Part shown: piece after piece, positions 1-11,079 of the stretch | How positions within the stretch are numbered: position 1 is the stretch's first letter | Layout: the number at the start of each line of letters is the position of its first letter | DNA from: an uncultured Chitinophagaceae bacterium | GTDB taxonomy: Bacteria; Bacteroidota; Bacteroidia; Chitinophagales; Chitinophagaceae | Direction of reading: 5' to 3' | Assembly (NCBI GenBank): GCA_963710055.1 | Contig: CAVPYW010000008.1 | Span: forward strand, 72,794-136,793 | Length of the DNA: 64,000 nt | Notes under the pieces: generated by a model | Told to the model about the DNA's origin: nothing | What the model saw: only the letters and a program-made list of their open reading frames with translations | Databases searched by the model: none | Made by a program: the position numbers and the translations under genes

Positions 1-1157
1 TTTTCAGAAAAGCAAACAATACTGATAATGATCATAAATGCGGTCAGGAGGATATCCTTTTTTTTCCAGGCGATAACAAAGCCATACAAAAGGGTCAATA
101 AAAAGATGATCAGCCCGGCAATACCTGTTTTTAAAGTGATGCCCAGGTATTGGTTATGCGCATTCAGTTCGTGCAAATACGAATTATAGAATTTGTTCTC
201 AAAATATTTTTCTTTCAGCAATCTTTTTTCCGAACCGCTGCCATGGCCAAAAACAGGTGATATTTTTATCAATTGCAGCGCAAAATTCCAGCGGATGATG
301 CGTGGCTCCAGAATTTCATTGTTGATAGAAGCCTGCGTAAGATCTTTTTTAAGATCTGCCACATATCTTTTTTTAAAAGAATCGATCCTGCTAATTCCGA
401 GTATGGCGATAAGCAGAACCAGTAAGGCAACAATGATGAATCTCATTCTTTGGATCCCTGAAGGCATTAAGAATGGGAATACAAGTACGTTGAGAATGAT
501 AAAAGCGACCAATACTGAACGGGAACCTAATTGTAATAATCCTCCGAGAAGGATAGCAATGACGATAAAATAAAAAAGGCGGTAATTATTCTTTTTTTCT
601 TTCATTAGTAATAGCAGAAAAAGCGTTGCGGATAAAGCAACATACATGGAAAGATAAGTGGCATGAAGCCCGATCGGTTCTGAAAAGTTGTGATTGATAA
701 AAGCTTGCGAAAAAAGCGATCGTAAAGGCAATTTATTATACAGGATGATATGAATAGCGTCAGCATACAGGTACAGCACTGTAAGGGTACAGGTAAAACC
801 AAATATCCCGAGTAATCTTATTTTATATTGATGCCAGTCCAAACCTGTCAATGAAAATATGACCGGGAATAAAATAATAGCCAGTTGCCGTGTAAGATCT
901 TTTGATGCTTCTTTTTGATCGGTTGAGTAAATGAGACCTGCGAGACACAGAAAAAAAACGGAACTAAGAATAAGGTTTTGCAAAGTAAAGACTGCATGTA
1001 GTCTTGATCTTTTGATATGAATGAAAGTGTGTAACAACAAACTTATCAATACCAGTTCGCAATAAAACCTGTCAAAAGGAAGCAATACAAGAAATGCTGC
1101 CAGGTGATAATAACTGATCTTATCCGCAACTGAATCTTTATCGATCGACTTTTTCAT
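1..1157 (-). CDS. O-antigen ligase/polymerase (Wzy_C) family membrane protein, truncated by the left window edge
   Basis: Not in the ORF track. Hand translation from ATG at 1157 (MKKSIDKDSVADKISYYHLAAFLVLLPF...) stays open to the edge. It has many TM segments and the motifs GSRS, GHGSG and NAHNQYL...GIAG typical of O-antigen ligase domains. Confidence 0.85.
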   Translation of the reverse strand, partial: MKKSIDKDSVADKISYYHLAAFLVLLPFDRFYCELVLISLLLHTFIHIKRSRLHAVFTLQNLILSSVFFLCLAGLIYSTDQKEASKDLTRQLAIILFPVIFSLTGLDWHQYKIRLLGIFGFTCTLTVLYLYADAIHIILYNKLPLRSLFSQAFINHNFSEPIGLHATYLSMYVALSATLFLLLLMKEKKNNYRLFYFIVIAILLGGLLQLGSRSVLVAFIILNVLVFPFLMPSGIQRMRFIIVALLVLLIAILGISRIDSFKKRYVADLKKDLTQASINNEILEPRIIRWNFALQLIKISPVFGHGSGSEKRLLKEKYFENKFYNSYLHELNAHNQYLGITLKTGIAGLIIFLLTLLYGFVIAWKKKDILLTAFMIIISIVCFSE

Positions 1158-1158
1158 A

Positions 1159-2106
1159 TCAGTATCTGTTCGGCCTGTTGCGGTAAATAAAAAAGACCAT
1201 ATTGCGGGGAAGAAAAGACATGCAATAAAGGAAATAGGTCATTGGCTTTGCAGGATAATAGCCCAATAGTTTTCTCAGGAAGCTGCGGGCTTTGACAGGA
1301 TCGTGATTGTCCCACAAATATTTTTTTGCCATCAGGGAATAATAAGATGCTTTTTTTATTTTATCTGTATTCTGTGTTTTGATGATCTGCTGAAGGATCT
1401 TACCTTCTGCAGCAGTTGCATTGCCTTCATGCAAACACTTATGTTTTAATTTTCTGAAAGTTTTTCCTCTCCATTTTTCATCGATCGTAAATGATTCCGG
1501 GTTGAACCTTACTTTCACCAATGATCGTTTGATGTTACATACTTTTCCCATCGGGATCATATTCAACCATAACAAGTGATCCTCGAAAGTTGGTGAATAC
1601 ATATTATAACCACCTGCTTTGATCACTTCCTCTTTTTTATACATTACCGTTGTATGGGAGAAAGGACATACAGCAGGATCAAGTTTTCGTATCTCTTCAT
1701 CAGAATATCCTTTGTAAGTGTAAGTGAAAATATGTTCGCCTTTCATATCTACATAACCGGCATCGGTTCCCGTTAAAATATATTCGGGATGCGCCGTCAT
1801 AAAATCATATTGAACTTTTAAGCGGTCGGGGCAACAAATATCATCGGCATCAAAGCGGGCGATATAGTATCCTTTCGCTTCACGGATACCCCTGTTCAAT
1901 GTTGCGGCAAAACCTTCATGAGGAGCTTCGATCAACCTGATACGGGGATCATTAAACTTGCGGATTTCGGCTACGGTGTTATCGACCGATCCGTCATCAA
2001 TGATCAGTAATTCAAAATCAGAAAAAGTTTGATCCAATACAGAACGGATAGCTTCGCCAATATAGGCTTCTACATTATAGGCAGGTATCAGTACCGTTAA
2101 TTTCAT
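1159..2106 (-). CDS. Glycosyltransferase family 2
   Basis: LTVLIPAYN...IIDDGSVD...ARFDADD (DxD) GT2 signature. Confidence 0.93.
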   Translation of the reverse strand: MKLTVLIPAYNVEAYIGEAIRSVLDQTFSDFELLIIDDGSVDNTVAEIRKFNDPRIRLIEAPHEGFAATLNRGIREAKGYYIARFDADDICCPDRLKVQYDFMTAHPEYILTGTDAGYVDMKGEHIFTYTYKGYSDEEIRKLDPAVCPFSHTTVMYKKEEVIKAGGYNMYSPTFEDHLLWLNMIPMGKVCNIKRSLVKVRFNPESFTIDEKWRGKTFRKLKHKCLHEGNATAAEGKILQQIIKTQNTDKIKKASYYSLMAKKYLWDNHDPVKARSFLRKLLGYYPAKPMTYFLYCMSFLPRNMVFFIYRNRPNRY

Positions 2107-3770
2107 TGTACGTTTTGTTCTTTTGTTTCTTTAATATTCAATAGCATCAATAGTTCAAAAAATATCACGATAGATAATTGTTCGTACCAATATTCCACGC
2201 CAAAAGCACCCAGCAATAGCAATAAAATCGGGATACTATAACTAAGTTTTTTTAGATGTTTTATAAAAAATGCAAGGTAGAACAAGATAAAAGCAAGCAG
2301 GCCAGGCAAGCCATACTCGGCGATCAATTGGTCGTACACTGAATTAGGACTATTGACCAGTGAATGCAATTCGATATCCTTACTGAAATAGGTGAGATAA
2401 AGATTAAGATGATTATTCAAAAAATCATTGTGGATATAAGCCATCTTTTTTGGATAACCTCCCGCCATTTGCAAAGCTGTAGTCCGGAAAGCCAGCTTGG
2501 ATGAGAAGTTGCCCATGCCATTGCCGGTAATTATTTTTAACGGGTGACGTTTAAGAAATTGAAACGTTTGTTGTAAGCCAATGAATTTACCAGGAATTTT
2601 CCGGGTCTTGGTTTGATGAAGACTCGTATCAAAAGCCGGTATCGTTGTATGGGCAAAATCCATTAGTTCTTTTTGGTAAGCTGTTGTATCTCTTCTGCGC
2701 TGGTAAGGCTCCGTATGGATATTTGCTTTGGGAATAGTTGGTTTTAACCCGGAACTAATACTTATCACACCAGGCATGGTAGCTATTAGATACGGATCTT
2801 TTTTTGCTTCTGCTTCTACTATTTTTTTATCAAGACTATCCAGGTAAAGCATTGCTGTTTTTTGTTTTTTTTCTTCTGAAGTAAGAAGACTGTCTGGTTT
2901 TTCTGTAACCGGGATAGAAATTTTTTGCCGGGCTATCGCACCGATTTTTTTATCAAAGAGTTTGTTGTAAAAGCCAATGACATAATTATCATTCTGCGGC
3001 GATATTTTGCTCATAAAGATGACCAGCAGCAAGGAACAAACTATGATAATACTTTTTTGTTCTTTGGTACTTTGAAGGATAAAAAGATAAACAAGAACAG
3101 CTAATAATAATATATTGGTGAAATTGCTTGCTGTGAGCAGAAGCGCCACCATACAAAACAAAACAAGGATCATTTTGTTTCGCTTTAAAAAATAAACTAT
3201 CCCGAAAGAATTTATTATTGCATTGGTCGTAGAAACATCTAAGGTAATTCCCGTCATAAGATCGCCGGTGCCAATAAAATATTTTTGACGCATGCCCTGG
3301 TATAGATAAGGATTCAGCGAGCCGGCATCCAGCATGATCAATAGTAATTGACCAACAGTTACAGCAATATTCAAAATAAAAAAAAGTGTAACGGTAGCAT
3401 GCAATTTTTCAGTACCGGTTCTTTCGACGAACCAGCTATTAAGCAATGCGGCGCCAATACAAAGCAGCCAGAAAACGATCCCGGTAAATACAGCAAAAAG
3501 ATAGGGAACGGAAATGGAGGAGATCGTGATGAGTAGATTGATCAGCCCAATCACGATCATACTGCAATAAAACCATATAAATTTTTGGCGATAAATATTT
3601 TTTTCAAAAAATAATTTTCTGTTGAACAGGAGCAACAAAATAATAGCAGCAATTTTTACCGTCATCTTTACATTAAGAACAAGCAGCAGGAACAACAATA
3701 AGCTCCAGTTTATTTTACTGAGATAGTTGTTTTTGAACCGATATATTGCTGTTGTTAGCGTTGACGACAC
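2103..3770 (-). CDS. Polytopic membrane protein, probable Wzy-like polysaccharide polymerase with a large soluble loop
   Basis: About 10 TM segments, GNGMGNF and NSVYDQLIAEYGLPG resembling the ligase/polymerase C-terminal motif; lies between wzx and a GT. Confidence 0.6.
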   Translation of the reverse strand: MSSTLTTAIYRFKNNYLSKINWSLLLFLLLVLNVKMTVKIAAIILLLLFNRKLFFEKNIYRQKFIWFYCSMIVIGLINLLITISSISVPYLFAVFTGIVFWLLCIGAALLNSWFVERTGTEKLHATVTLFFILNIAVTVGQLLLIMLDAGSLNPYLYQGMRQKYFIGTGDLMTGITLDVSTTNAIINSFGIVYFLKRNKMILVLFCMVALLLTASNFTNILLLAVLVYLFILQSTKEQKSIIIVCSLLLVIFMSKISPQNDNYVIGFYNKLFDKKIGAIARQKISIPVTEKPDSLLTSEEKKQKTAMLYLDSLDKKIVEAEAKKDPYLIATMPGVISISSGLKPTIPKANIHTEPYQRRRDTTAYQKELMDFAHTTIPAFDTSLHQTKTRKIPGKFIGLQQTFQFLKRHPLKIITGNGMGNFSSKLAFRTTALQMAGGYPKKMAYIHNDFLNNHLNLYLTYFSKDIELHSLVNSPNSVYDQLIAEYGLPGLLAFILFYLAFFIKHLKKLSYSIPILLLLLGAFGVEYWYEQLSIVIFFELLMLLNIKETKEQNVQ

Positions 3771-3776
3771 AGAAGT

Positions 3777-5231
3777 TTATCCCGGTTTTTTCTTTTTAAC
3801 AGATCGAAGGACATAAACTATATCGTTTATCCTCAACTGCTTGGTTGCCAGCAATAAAAAAGAAAATACAGGTAGGGCAAAAGCAAGGCGTAAAACAACA
3901 TTATCAGTGAGGTAAAAGGCCGCAAAACCGGTACCGCCCGCCGCTATCATACAAATAAGAAGTGACTGCCATGTTTCCGGGATCTTCGATAAAGAAGACG
4001 ACCGCATGTAATTAAGATATTCAACGATCATTGCCAGCAGGTAAACCAGCGCTGCGCCTGTTACATTGTAAAGCGGGATAAAGACCAGGTCGCCGATTAT
4101 AATGATGCAGAAAGTAACTAGCGTGATCCGTAAAATGAGTTTTAACCGGTTTTGCGCAAAACTCGCCGACCAAATTATATTACTGATATACTGGAACGGG
4201 ATGCAACAGGAAAGAATGAGAAAGGTTTGTTGATTGACGGCGCCATATTTATTTCCTGTTAAGGAATCGATGAAAGGCGCCCAGATAATATTCAGTATAA
4301 GTGGTACAAATGTGGCCAGTATCATTTCACTTCTTACCAAAAGACCGAGTCTTTCTTTTTGCTGTTGCAAAAGAGATTGTTCGGTATTCGAGGCAAAATA
4401 TCTTGAAAAACGACTTAATAAAACCGGTGCAATGATCAGTAATGGGAGGGGTGATAATTCATAAACACGGTAAGCAAAACTGTATTCTGCGGTAACTGCA
4501 GCGGTTGAAAAAAGCCCAAGCAATATCCAATCCATTCTTGATATGCCTGCCATTAAAATGGCAACGCCGATCTGTGGTAATGATTCTTTTAATAGATGTA
4601 CATAATCATTGAACCGGGCATGAGCGCTGAGTTTTACCTGCATGCGGTTTGTTACGAGATAAAAACAAACCATTAATTCAATAAATGAAGTGACGATAAA
4701 TATTCCAAGCACCCATTGGATAGAAAGCCGGAAGAAAATAATGATGATACATAAACTGATCGCCCGGATAAGGTTGGCGGTTGATGACATAACGGCGAGG
4801 AACACGAATTTTTCTTTTCCATTGGCAACATTCTTGAATGGTAAAGCAAAAAATGTGAGCAATTGGCTTATACCAAGCGCCAGTAAAAAACTATGCACCG
4901 AAAAAAAAGAGGGAAAAATAAAACTGGCTATTAAAAGCAAGAGATAAAAACCCATGCCTGATAATAATACATGCACCATAAAAAGTGTCATGATCCCTGA
5001 AGTGTCTTGATCGGTCGCCGCTCTTCTGACAACGATTTGTTCCAATCGCAGGCTAAGGATCGTTGTGACAAACATAAGTATCGCATACGACCAGTTTAAT
5101 TCTCCATAAATATCTTTTGGCAAATACAATGAAGTAAGAAGAAATACTACCACTCCCAATACCTGGTTCAGGGTCACTTGTAATGTGCTGGCAGAAACAT
5201 CAGTAAACAATTTTCGGGTCATAGAATGCAT
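3777..5231 (-). CDS. wzx: Oligosaccharide flippase (Wzx/MOP family)
   Basis: About 12-14 TM segments, RMDWILLGLF...AEYSFAYRVYE flippase motif; alternative start ATG 5222. Confidence 0.85.
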   Translation of the reverse strand: MHSMTRKLFTDVSASTLQVTLNQVLGVVVFLLTSLYLPKDIYGELNWSYAILMFVTTILSLRLEQIVVRRAATDQDTSGIMTLFMVHVLLSGMGFYLLLLIASFIFPSFFSVHSFLLALGISQLLTFFALPFKNVANGKEKFVFLAVMSSTANLIRAISLCIIIIFFRLSIQWVLGIFIVTSFIELMVCFYLVTNRMQVKLSAHARFNDYVHLLKESLPQIGVAILMAGISRMDWILLGLFSTAAVTAEYSFAYRVYELSPLPLLIIAPVLLSRFSRYFASNTEQSLLQQQKERLGLLVRSEMILATFVPLILNIIWAPFIDSLTGNKYGAVNQQTFLILSCCIPFQYISNIIWSASFAQNRLKLILRITLVTFCIIIIGDLVFIPLYNVTGAALVYLLAMIVEYLNYMRSSSLSKIPETWQSLLICMIAAGGTGFAAFYLTDNVVLRLAFALPVFSFLLLATKQLRINDIVYVLRSVKKKKPG

Positions 5232-5286
5232 CGGTCAGCGGTTTTGGGCATTTTTCTTACAGTTGTTTTGTAAGATAATATTTTTC

Positions 5287-6381
5287 TTATTGGCAAACAT
5301 GCAGAAGGAGATCCTCGTAAGCAGTTACAATTTTTTCGGGATCATAGGTATCCCGGATCTTTTCTATATTCTTTATCCTGTTATGATCGGCCTGCGACTG
5401 ATCTTTTGGTTTTTTTATGATCATAGCTACATCATCTGCCGATGAAAAAAGATCGGGTCCCTCTTGCAGCACAGCCCGGTTAAAGATATTGTTATGGGCA
5501 GCAATATTACATCCGCAAGCCATTGCTTCCAACAGCGACGGATTAGTGCCGCCTACAGAATGCCCATGAAAATAAAGCGAAGAATAATGGCGGATATTAT
5601 TCAATGAACGATCATCATAAACAGCACCCGCAAAAATTACCCGGGGATCTTTATACTTCCGGGTCAAATAGTTCCCTGTTTTATTATTTGTATTGCCAAT
5701 GATAAATAGCGGGTAGTTGTGACCCGATCGTATATACCCATTGATCACCATTTCAATATTGTTTTCCGGTTCCATACGGGCTATCAATAAAAAATATTCA
5801 AATGGTTTGAGACCGTATTTAATTAAAGCCGCAGGATCCGGTTCTGTAAAAACAGTGGCAGCATAAGGAATGAAAACCGGGTTTATTTTATACGTAGCGA
5901 AAAGATATTCCTGCATAGCGATCGAATCTGCGATCATTGTATGTGCATGTTTGGCTGCCAATGATTCGGCTCTTTTCAAAAACCTTCTTGTTAACCAATT
6001 ATATTTTGTCCTTTTCCATTCCAGCCCGTCCATGTTCACAATGTTGATAGTGTTTGCGGGCCATTGCCGCCACCAAACAGAATCACTGGAATATCCGAAA
6101 TGCAAAAGCACATCATAATTTCTTTTTGAAGCATCACGATTGCAGTTGAGGTCGTACAGGAATTGCCCAAATGTCCCGAATTTATTTTCCGGGTCTTTAC
6201 AATGAATGACCTGTACGCCGTTCCATTCTTTTTGCTGGTAAGGATGATGATTAGAATTATAAACAAATACTTCGTGTCCTTTTTTTACCAATGCAGGCGC
6301 AAGGAATTGTGTGAATTGTTCAAATCCGCCATACTGGTTAGGAATACCTCTTGTGCCAAGGATGCCGATCTTCATATTCAA
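5287..6381 (-). CDS. GT4 glycosyltransferase with DUF1972-type N-terminus
   Basis: ILGTRGIPNQYGGFEQF, NMDGLEWKR, GGTNPSLLEAM motifs. Confidence 0.92.
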   Translation of the reverse strand: MNMKIGILGTRGIPNQYGGFEQFTQFLAPALVKKGHEVFVYNSNHHPYQQKEWNGVQVIHCKDPENKFGTFGQFLYDLNCNRDASKRNYDVLLHFGYSSDSVWWRQWPANTINIVNMDGLEWKRTKYNWLTRRFLKRAESLAAKHAHTMIADSIAMQEYLFATYKINPVFIPYAATVFTEPDPAALIKYGLKPFEYFLLIARMEPENNIEMVINGYIRSGHNYPLFIIGNTNNKTGNYLTRKYKDPRVIFAGAVYDDRSLNNIRHYSSLYFHGHSVGGTNPSLLEAMACGCNIAAHNNIFNRAVLQEGPDLFSSADDVAMIIKKPKDQSQADHNRIKNIEKIRDTYDPEKIVTAYEDLLLHVCQ

Positions 6382-7451
6382 ATGAAATTTTTATATGCAT
6401 CCAATGTTGCCGTTGCCGCGTGTTGCCAGGTAAATTGTTCTGTTATCTTATTCATTAGATCCCCGTTTGTTTTGCTTGCGGATGCGGTTTCAATAGCTTT
6501 TAATATAGAAGAAGGATCGGCAGGGTCACAATAAAAAGCGTCATCTCCAAAATAATTTCTGGTAAATCCTTTCTCCGTGATCACAATATTACAACCCATA
6601 GCTGCAGCTTCCAGCGACGAAAGTCCGCATGTTTCAAACCAGCTTGGTAAAACATGCACTTTTGCTTTTTTATAATGGTTGATTAGTAATTCCTGTGGTA
6701 TATGTTCTTTGAAAATGATATTAGCGGCTGCTTCGTTGCGGCAGATCGAATAATATTTTTTTTGGTTAGGCGCTGCCGCACCGATCAGCAGCAACGTATA
6801 GCTGGTATTGTTCAGGGCTTTTATAAGGTTCAATTGATTTTTGATCCCTTCGATACGGGCGGCACATATAACAAGCTTGTCATCTTTTGCAACTGTTTTA
6901 TCCGGGATGAATAATGAAGGATCAATTCCGTTCGGTACAACAAACGAAGGCTTTTCTATGCCAAACATTTTTTTTATGGCTAACTCTTCTGCTTTTGAAT
7001 TGGGCAGGATGGCTGCAGCCTTACCCAAAATTTCTTTCATACTTCTTTTCTGTCCTTTCCATATATAATTCTTGCTCTGTAATTTGTCCTTACCGGCCAT
7101 CCACCGGCCCATCGTTTTTATATACTCATTGGTAAAGGAAGAAAAATTTCTAAAAATAAAACCGGGCAAACCGTTACGAAAGAGTTTATCATACTCACTA
7201 TAATCAACCAGCAATGGCGAAACGAGATACGGTTTTTTTGTTTTCCCAATATGAGAAAGTATATCTGCCGGACGGATAATGTTGAAAAAATGAAAGAGAT
7301 CGTAACTAGTAGGATCGATCGGCTGATTGGTTAAACATATATCAACTTCTATCCCCAGGTCGCGGAGATGACTGGCGGTTTGCGATACCTGTATAGAATC
7401 GCCGCCGGGAACTTTGTACAATGTCGAACGGGTAATAAAAGCAACTTTCAT
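6378..7451 (-). CDS. GT4 glycosyltransferase
   Basis: PSWFETCGLSSLEAAAMG (EX7E) motif, VVPNGID. Confidence 0.92.
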   Translation of the reverse strand: MKVAFITRSTLYKVPGGDSIQVSQTASHLRDLGIEVDICLTNQPIDPTSYDLFHFFNIIRPADILSHIGKTKKPYLVSPLLVDYSEYDKLFRNGLPGFIFRNFSSFTNEYIKTMGRWMAGKDKLQSKNYIWKGQKRSMKEILGKAAAILPNSKAEELAIKKMFGIEKPSFVVPNGIDPSLFIPDKTVAKDDKLVICAARIEGIKNQLNLIKALNNTSYTLLLIGAAAPNQKKYYSICRNEAAANIIFKEHIPQELLINHYKKAKVHVLPSWFETCGLSSLEAAAMGCNIVITEKGFTRNYFGDDAFYCDPADPSSILKAIETASASKTNGDLMNKITEQFTWQHAATATLDAYKNFI

Positions 7452-7572
7452 TTACAGCACTTTTTCGATGATCTTATAACGTAAGAAACAACACTAAGGC
7501 AGCCGGGGAAAAAAATATTAGTAATAATAATTGAAAAATAAGAACCTTGTTTTTGGTTATCTTGCGCCCCCT

Positions 7573-8550
7573 ATGCCGCATTATATTGTTACCGGGGGAG
7601 CCGGTTTTATTGGTAGCAATCTTATTAGTACGCTTTTCCGCCAGCAACCGGGAATAAAAATTACCTGCATTGATAATTTCGATCCCTTTTATTCAGCCGA
7701 TATAAAACAACTTAATATCCGGGAATTTAAGATCAATCCCGATTTTCATTTTTTGTATTGCGACCTGGCGTCAATTTCAGCAGAGGAACTGGCTGAAATG
7801 ATCGCCGAACCGGTAGATGTTATTATTCACCTGGCAGCAAAAGCAGGTGTGAGGCCGAGTATCCAAAACCCGATGGCGTACCAGCAGGTAAATGTGATCG
7901 GGCTTCAGAATTTACTGGAGTTTGCAAGACAAAAAGGCATCAAACAATTTGTTTTTGCATCGAGCAGCAGTGTGTATGGGATCAACGATCATTTTCCATG
8001 GAATGAAGAAGAAAAATTATTACCGGTAAGCCCTTATGCAATGACGAAACAGGCGGGAGAAATGCTGGGGCATGTTTACAGCCGGCTTTTTGATATACGA
8101 TTTATTGCGTTGCGGATTTTTACAGTGTATGGACCTGCACAACGTCCCGATCTGGCTATTCATAAATTCATCAAAGCGATCCTGAACGATGAACCGATAA
8201 CGATGTATGGCGATGGTAATACCAGCCGTGATTATACTTTTGTGGATGATATTGTCAGCGGTATACTAGCCGCTGTACAATATGATAAAACGGGTTTTGA
8301 GATCATCAACCTGGGAAATAATTACAGCATTCCGCTGAAAGATCTTATTAGAACGATCGAAGAGATTACCGGAAAGCAGGCTCATATCGAACAACTTCCC
8401 GAACAAGCCGGTGATGTGCCGAAGACTTTTGCCGATATTACAAAAGCAAAAAGCTTATTAGCCTATGCGCCAAAAACCCAATTAAAAGAAGGGATACAAA
8501 GATTTTACGATTGGTTCAAAGCCAACGAAGTGATCATAATGAATGATTGA
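7573..8550 (+). CDS. NAD-dependent epimerase/dehydratase (UDP-glucuronate 4-epimerase-like)
   Basis: TGGAGFIGS, HLAAKAGVRPS, SSSSVYG, YAMTK, FTVYGPAQRPDLAIHKF; likely start ATG 7573 rather than the track's 7531. Confidence 0.9.
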   Translation: MPHYIVTGGAGFIGSNLISTLFRQQPGIKITCIDNFDPFYSADIKQLNIREFKINPDFHFLYCDLASISAEELAEMIAEPVDVIIHLAAKAGVRPSIQNPMAYQQVNVIGLQNLLEFARQKGIKQFVFASSSSVYGINDHFPWNEEEKLLPVSPYAMTKQAGEMLGHVYSRLFDIRFIALRIFTVYGPAQRPDLAIHKFIKAILNDEPITMYGDGNTSRDYTFVDDIVSGILAAVQYDKTGFEIINLGNNYSIPLKDLIRTIEEITGKQAHIEQLPEQAGDVPKTFADITKAKSLLAYAPKTQLKEGIQRFYDWFKANEVIIMND

Positions 8551-8689
8551 ATGATCGAATGATTTTAAATTCTGATTGCGTAGTTTTTACTACATAGGAA
8601 TATAGAAAAGATAGGGAGACATAGTTCATTGTCTGGTAGTAGCTATATTTTAAAGAATTGCATCATGTAAGCAATAAAATGTACAGCCT

Positions 8690-9661
8690 TTATTCTTCAT
8701 CAATAGGCTGGGAGATGGGTTTCTCTTGTTTGCCTTTAAATACCTTTCTTATAGTGTATGTCTTCTTATTCTGCGATTCAAAATACGTTCTTGTATTGAT
8801 ATCCGCAATGATACCAATGGTGATGAATTGTATGCCGCCCAATAATAATATCAATCCTAATATCAGCAATGGTTTGCCCCAGATATCCTGTCCCATTATT
8901 TTTAAGATCAATAAATAAATATTGATGGCTACACCTAAACCGAAACTGATAAAACCGATCGTTCCGAAAAGATGCATAGGCTTTTGCATATACTTCCGCA
9001 GGAATACCATCAGCACAAGATCACTCATCACTTTAAATGTCCGGTTGATACCATATTTACTTTTGCCATGCACCCGTGGATGATGTTTTACATCCACCTG
9101 TGTAATTTTAGCGCCCTGTAGTTTTGCCAATACAGGAATAAAACGATGTAATTCTCCATACAACCCCAGTTCTTCTGCAATTTCTCTTCTGAAGATCTTT
9201 AATGTGCAACCATAATCTTTAAAATGAACACCCGTCATGCGGCGGATCAATGCATTTGCAATACGGCTTGGTATCTTACGAAGAAAGAAACCATCTTTCC
9301 TGTTCTTTCTGTTACCTGCTACTACATCCCAATCTTCTTTTTTCAATAGGTCGAGCATCGCAGGAATATCAGAAGGATCATTTTGAAGATCGCCATCCAG
9401 CAAAGCGATATACCGGCCACGACTATGATCAATGCCGGCGGTCATAGCGGTACTTTGGCCATAATTCTTTCTTAACTCGACCAAAATAGTTCTGTCGTCA
9501 GTATGTTCCAGTATTTGTTGTTTGGTCTTATCGGTCGATCCGTCATCCACTAATACAATTTCATAATCAATACCACTTAAGGCTGAACGCACCGAGCCCA
9601 GCAGAGGTTCAATATTCTCCTGTTCATTCATCACTGTTATGACAACAGATAGTTCACGCAT
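8690..9661 (-). CDS. GT2 polyprenol-phosphate glycosyltransferase (DPM/ArnC-like)
   Basis: VDDGSTD, RKNYGQSTA, LDGDLQNDP, HRFIP, RVHGKSKYG plus two C-terminal TM helices. Confidence 0.9.
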   Translation of the reverse strand: MRELSVVITVMNEQENIEPLLGSVRSALSGIDYEIVLVDDGSTDKTKQQILEHTDDRTILVELRKNYGQSTAMTAGIDHSRGRYIALLDGDLQNDPSDIPAMLDLLKKEDWDVVAGNRKNRKDGFFLRKIPSRIANALIRRMTGVHFKDYGCTLKIFRREIAEELGLYGELHRFIPVLAKLQGAKITQVDVKHHPRVHGKSKYGINRTFKVMSDLVLMVFLRKYMQKPMHLFGTIGFISFGLGVAINIYLLILKIMGQDIWGKPLLILGLILLLGGIQFITIGIIADINTRTYFESQNKKTYTIRKVFKGKQEKPISQPIDEE

Positions 9662-9822
9662 GGGCGCAAAGATAGATAAACAGTGAAAAGTGAAAAGATA
9701 ATAGATAAAAGTGCATTATATTTTAAGTTTTATCAAAGAACCGACATGATTTACAGTAAATAGTATTTCGGAAAACAATATGTTCTTTGAAGAACTATTA
9801 TCTTTTCACTATTAGTTTTTAT

Positions 9823-11079
9823 CTAAATTACTCCTGCCAGTTCCAAACTTCTTTTTCTCAGTTGACGTGTAGCTATCTCTTCAACAACAGGGTTGGGCAA
9901 AAGAATAAGTGAAGTTCCATTTTCTTTCCACCAGGTATTTTCTTTCAATGCTGAAAAGGAAATAACACCTGCAAGATATTTCCTGTTTTCCTGCGCATGC
10001 CATTCTTCTATCCATTCAAACTGTTCTTTGGGAATATGATCGATGTTCTCAAAACTTATATAAGTTCGAAGGAAATAATCATTGCTTAGCTCGTGCGGCT
10101 GATGCTGGTATAGTTTTTTGTATTCATATTTATAATCATAACGAAGCGCTGCAATATCACTTAACACGGCAGAAGCTGTCGGAAAGCTGCCGGCGCCTTT
10201 GCCATAAAAGAATTGTTTGTCAGCAAAACTGCTTTCAATGACTACGCCATTATATTCATTTTTTACAAAAGCCAAATGATCGTCTTGTTTTACAAATTGC
10301 GGCAAAACAAATGCGGCTACTTTGCCATTCTTTAATTTCTGCGCCTGTGCCACCAGTTTTATTTCCTGTTTTTTGGAACCGGCGACAACGGCATCGGTTG
10401 CATGAATGTTTTGTATACCATTGAACAAAATATTTTCTGCCGGTTCAATGATGCCATAAGCATGCGTGAGAAGGAAGGTCCATTTGTTCACCGCATCATA
10501 TCCTTCCACATCAAGTACAGGATCGCTTTCTGCAAAACCGGCCTGTTGTGCCAATAGCAATGCCTGTTTGAAGTCAAGGCCATCTTCAAACATTTTTGTA
10601 AGAATAAAATTTGTTGAACCGTTTACAATGGCTTTGATCGAATGAAGAAGGTCATTGTCATAATATTCTTCCAGGTTGCGGATAACAGGAATAGAAGCAC
10701 AGGCGGCCGATTCATACAAAAAAGATCTTCCTGTTTCCAATTGTAACTTTAATATTTCCGGTAAATGTGCGGCGATCATTTTTTTACTGGCACTTACAAC
10801 ATGCTTTCCATTTTTCAAAGCGGTACTTACAATTTCAAATGCGGCATCGGCATCATCGATCACTTCTACGATGACATTGATAGCACGGTCATTTAGAAGA
10901 TCATTCCTGTCTGTAGTAAATAGAGAAGCGGGGGCATTTCTTTTCTTACTATAGTTTTTGATACAAACTTTTTTAATATCGGCTTTCAATGATGGTGTTT
11001 GCTGCAACACTTTGTAAAGTCCTTCACCTACGACACCGAACCCGAAAAGACCTATTATTAGTTGGTTATTTGTTGGCAT
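9823..11079 (-). CDS. hom: Homoserine dehydrogenase (monofunctional)
   Basis: GFGVVG, YESAACASIP, VNGSTNFILTKM, AESDPVLDVEGYDA, GKGAGSFPTASAV. Confidence 0.92.
   Translation of the reverse strand: MPTNNQLIIGLFGFGVVGEGLYKVLQQTPSLKADIKKVCIKNYSKKRNAPASLFTTDRNDLLNDRAINVIVEVIDDADAAFEIVSTALKNGKHVVSASKKMIAAHLPEILKLQLETGRSFLYESAACASIPVIRNLEEYYDNDLLHSIKAIVNGSTNFILTKMFEDGLDFKQALLLAQQAGFAESDPVLDVEGYDAVNKWTFLLTHAYGIIEPAENILFNGIQNIHATDAVVAGSKKQEIKLVAQAQKLKNGKVAAFVLPQFVKQDDHLAFVKNEYNGVVIESSFADKQFFYGKGAGSFPTASAVLSDIAALRYDYKYEYKKLYQHQPHELSNDYFLRTYISFENIDHIPKEQFEWIEEWHAQENRKYLAGVISFSALKENTWWKENGTSLILLPNPVVEEIATRQLRKRSLELAGVI

Noticed and set aside
193-802. Track ORFs 193-573 and 605-802
   Set aside because: Shadows of the edge-truncated O-antigen ligase-family CDS
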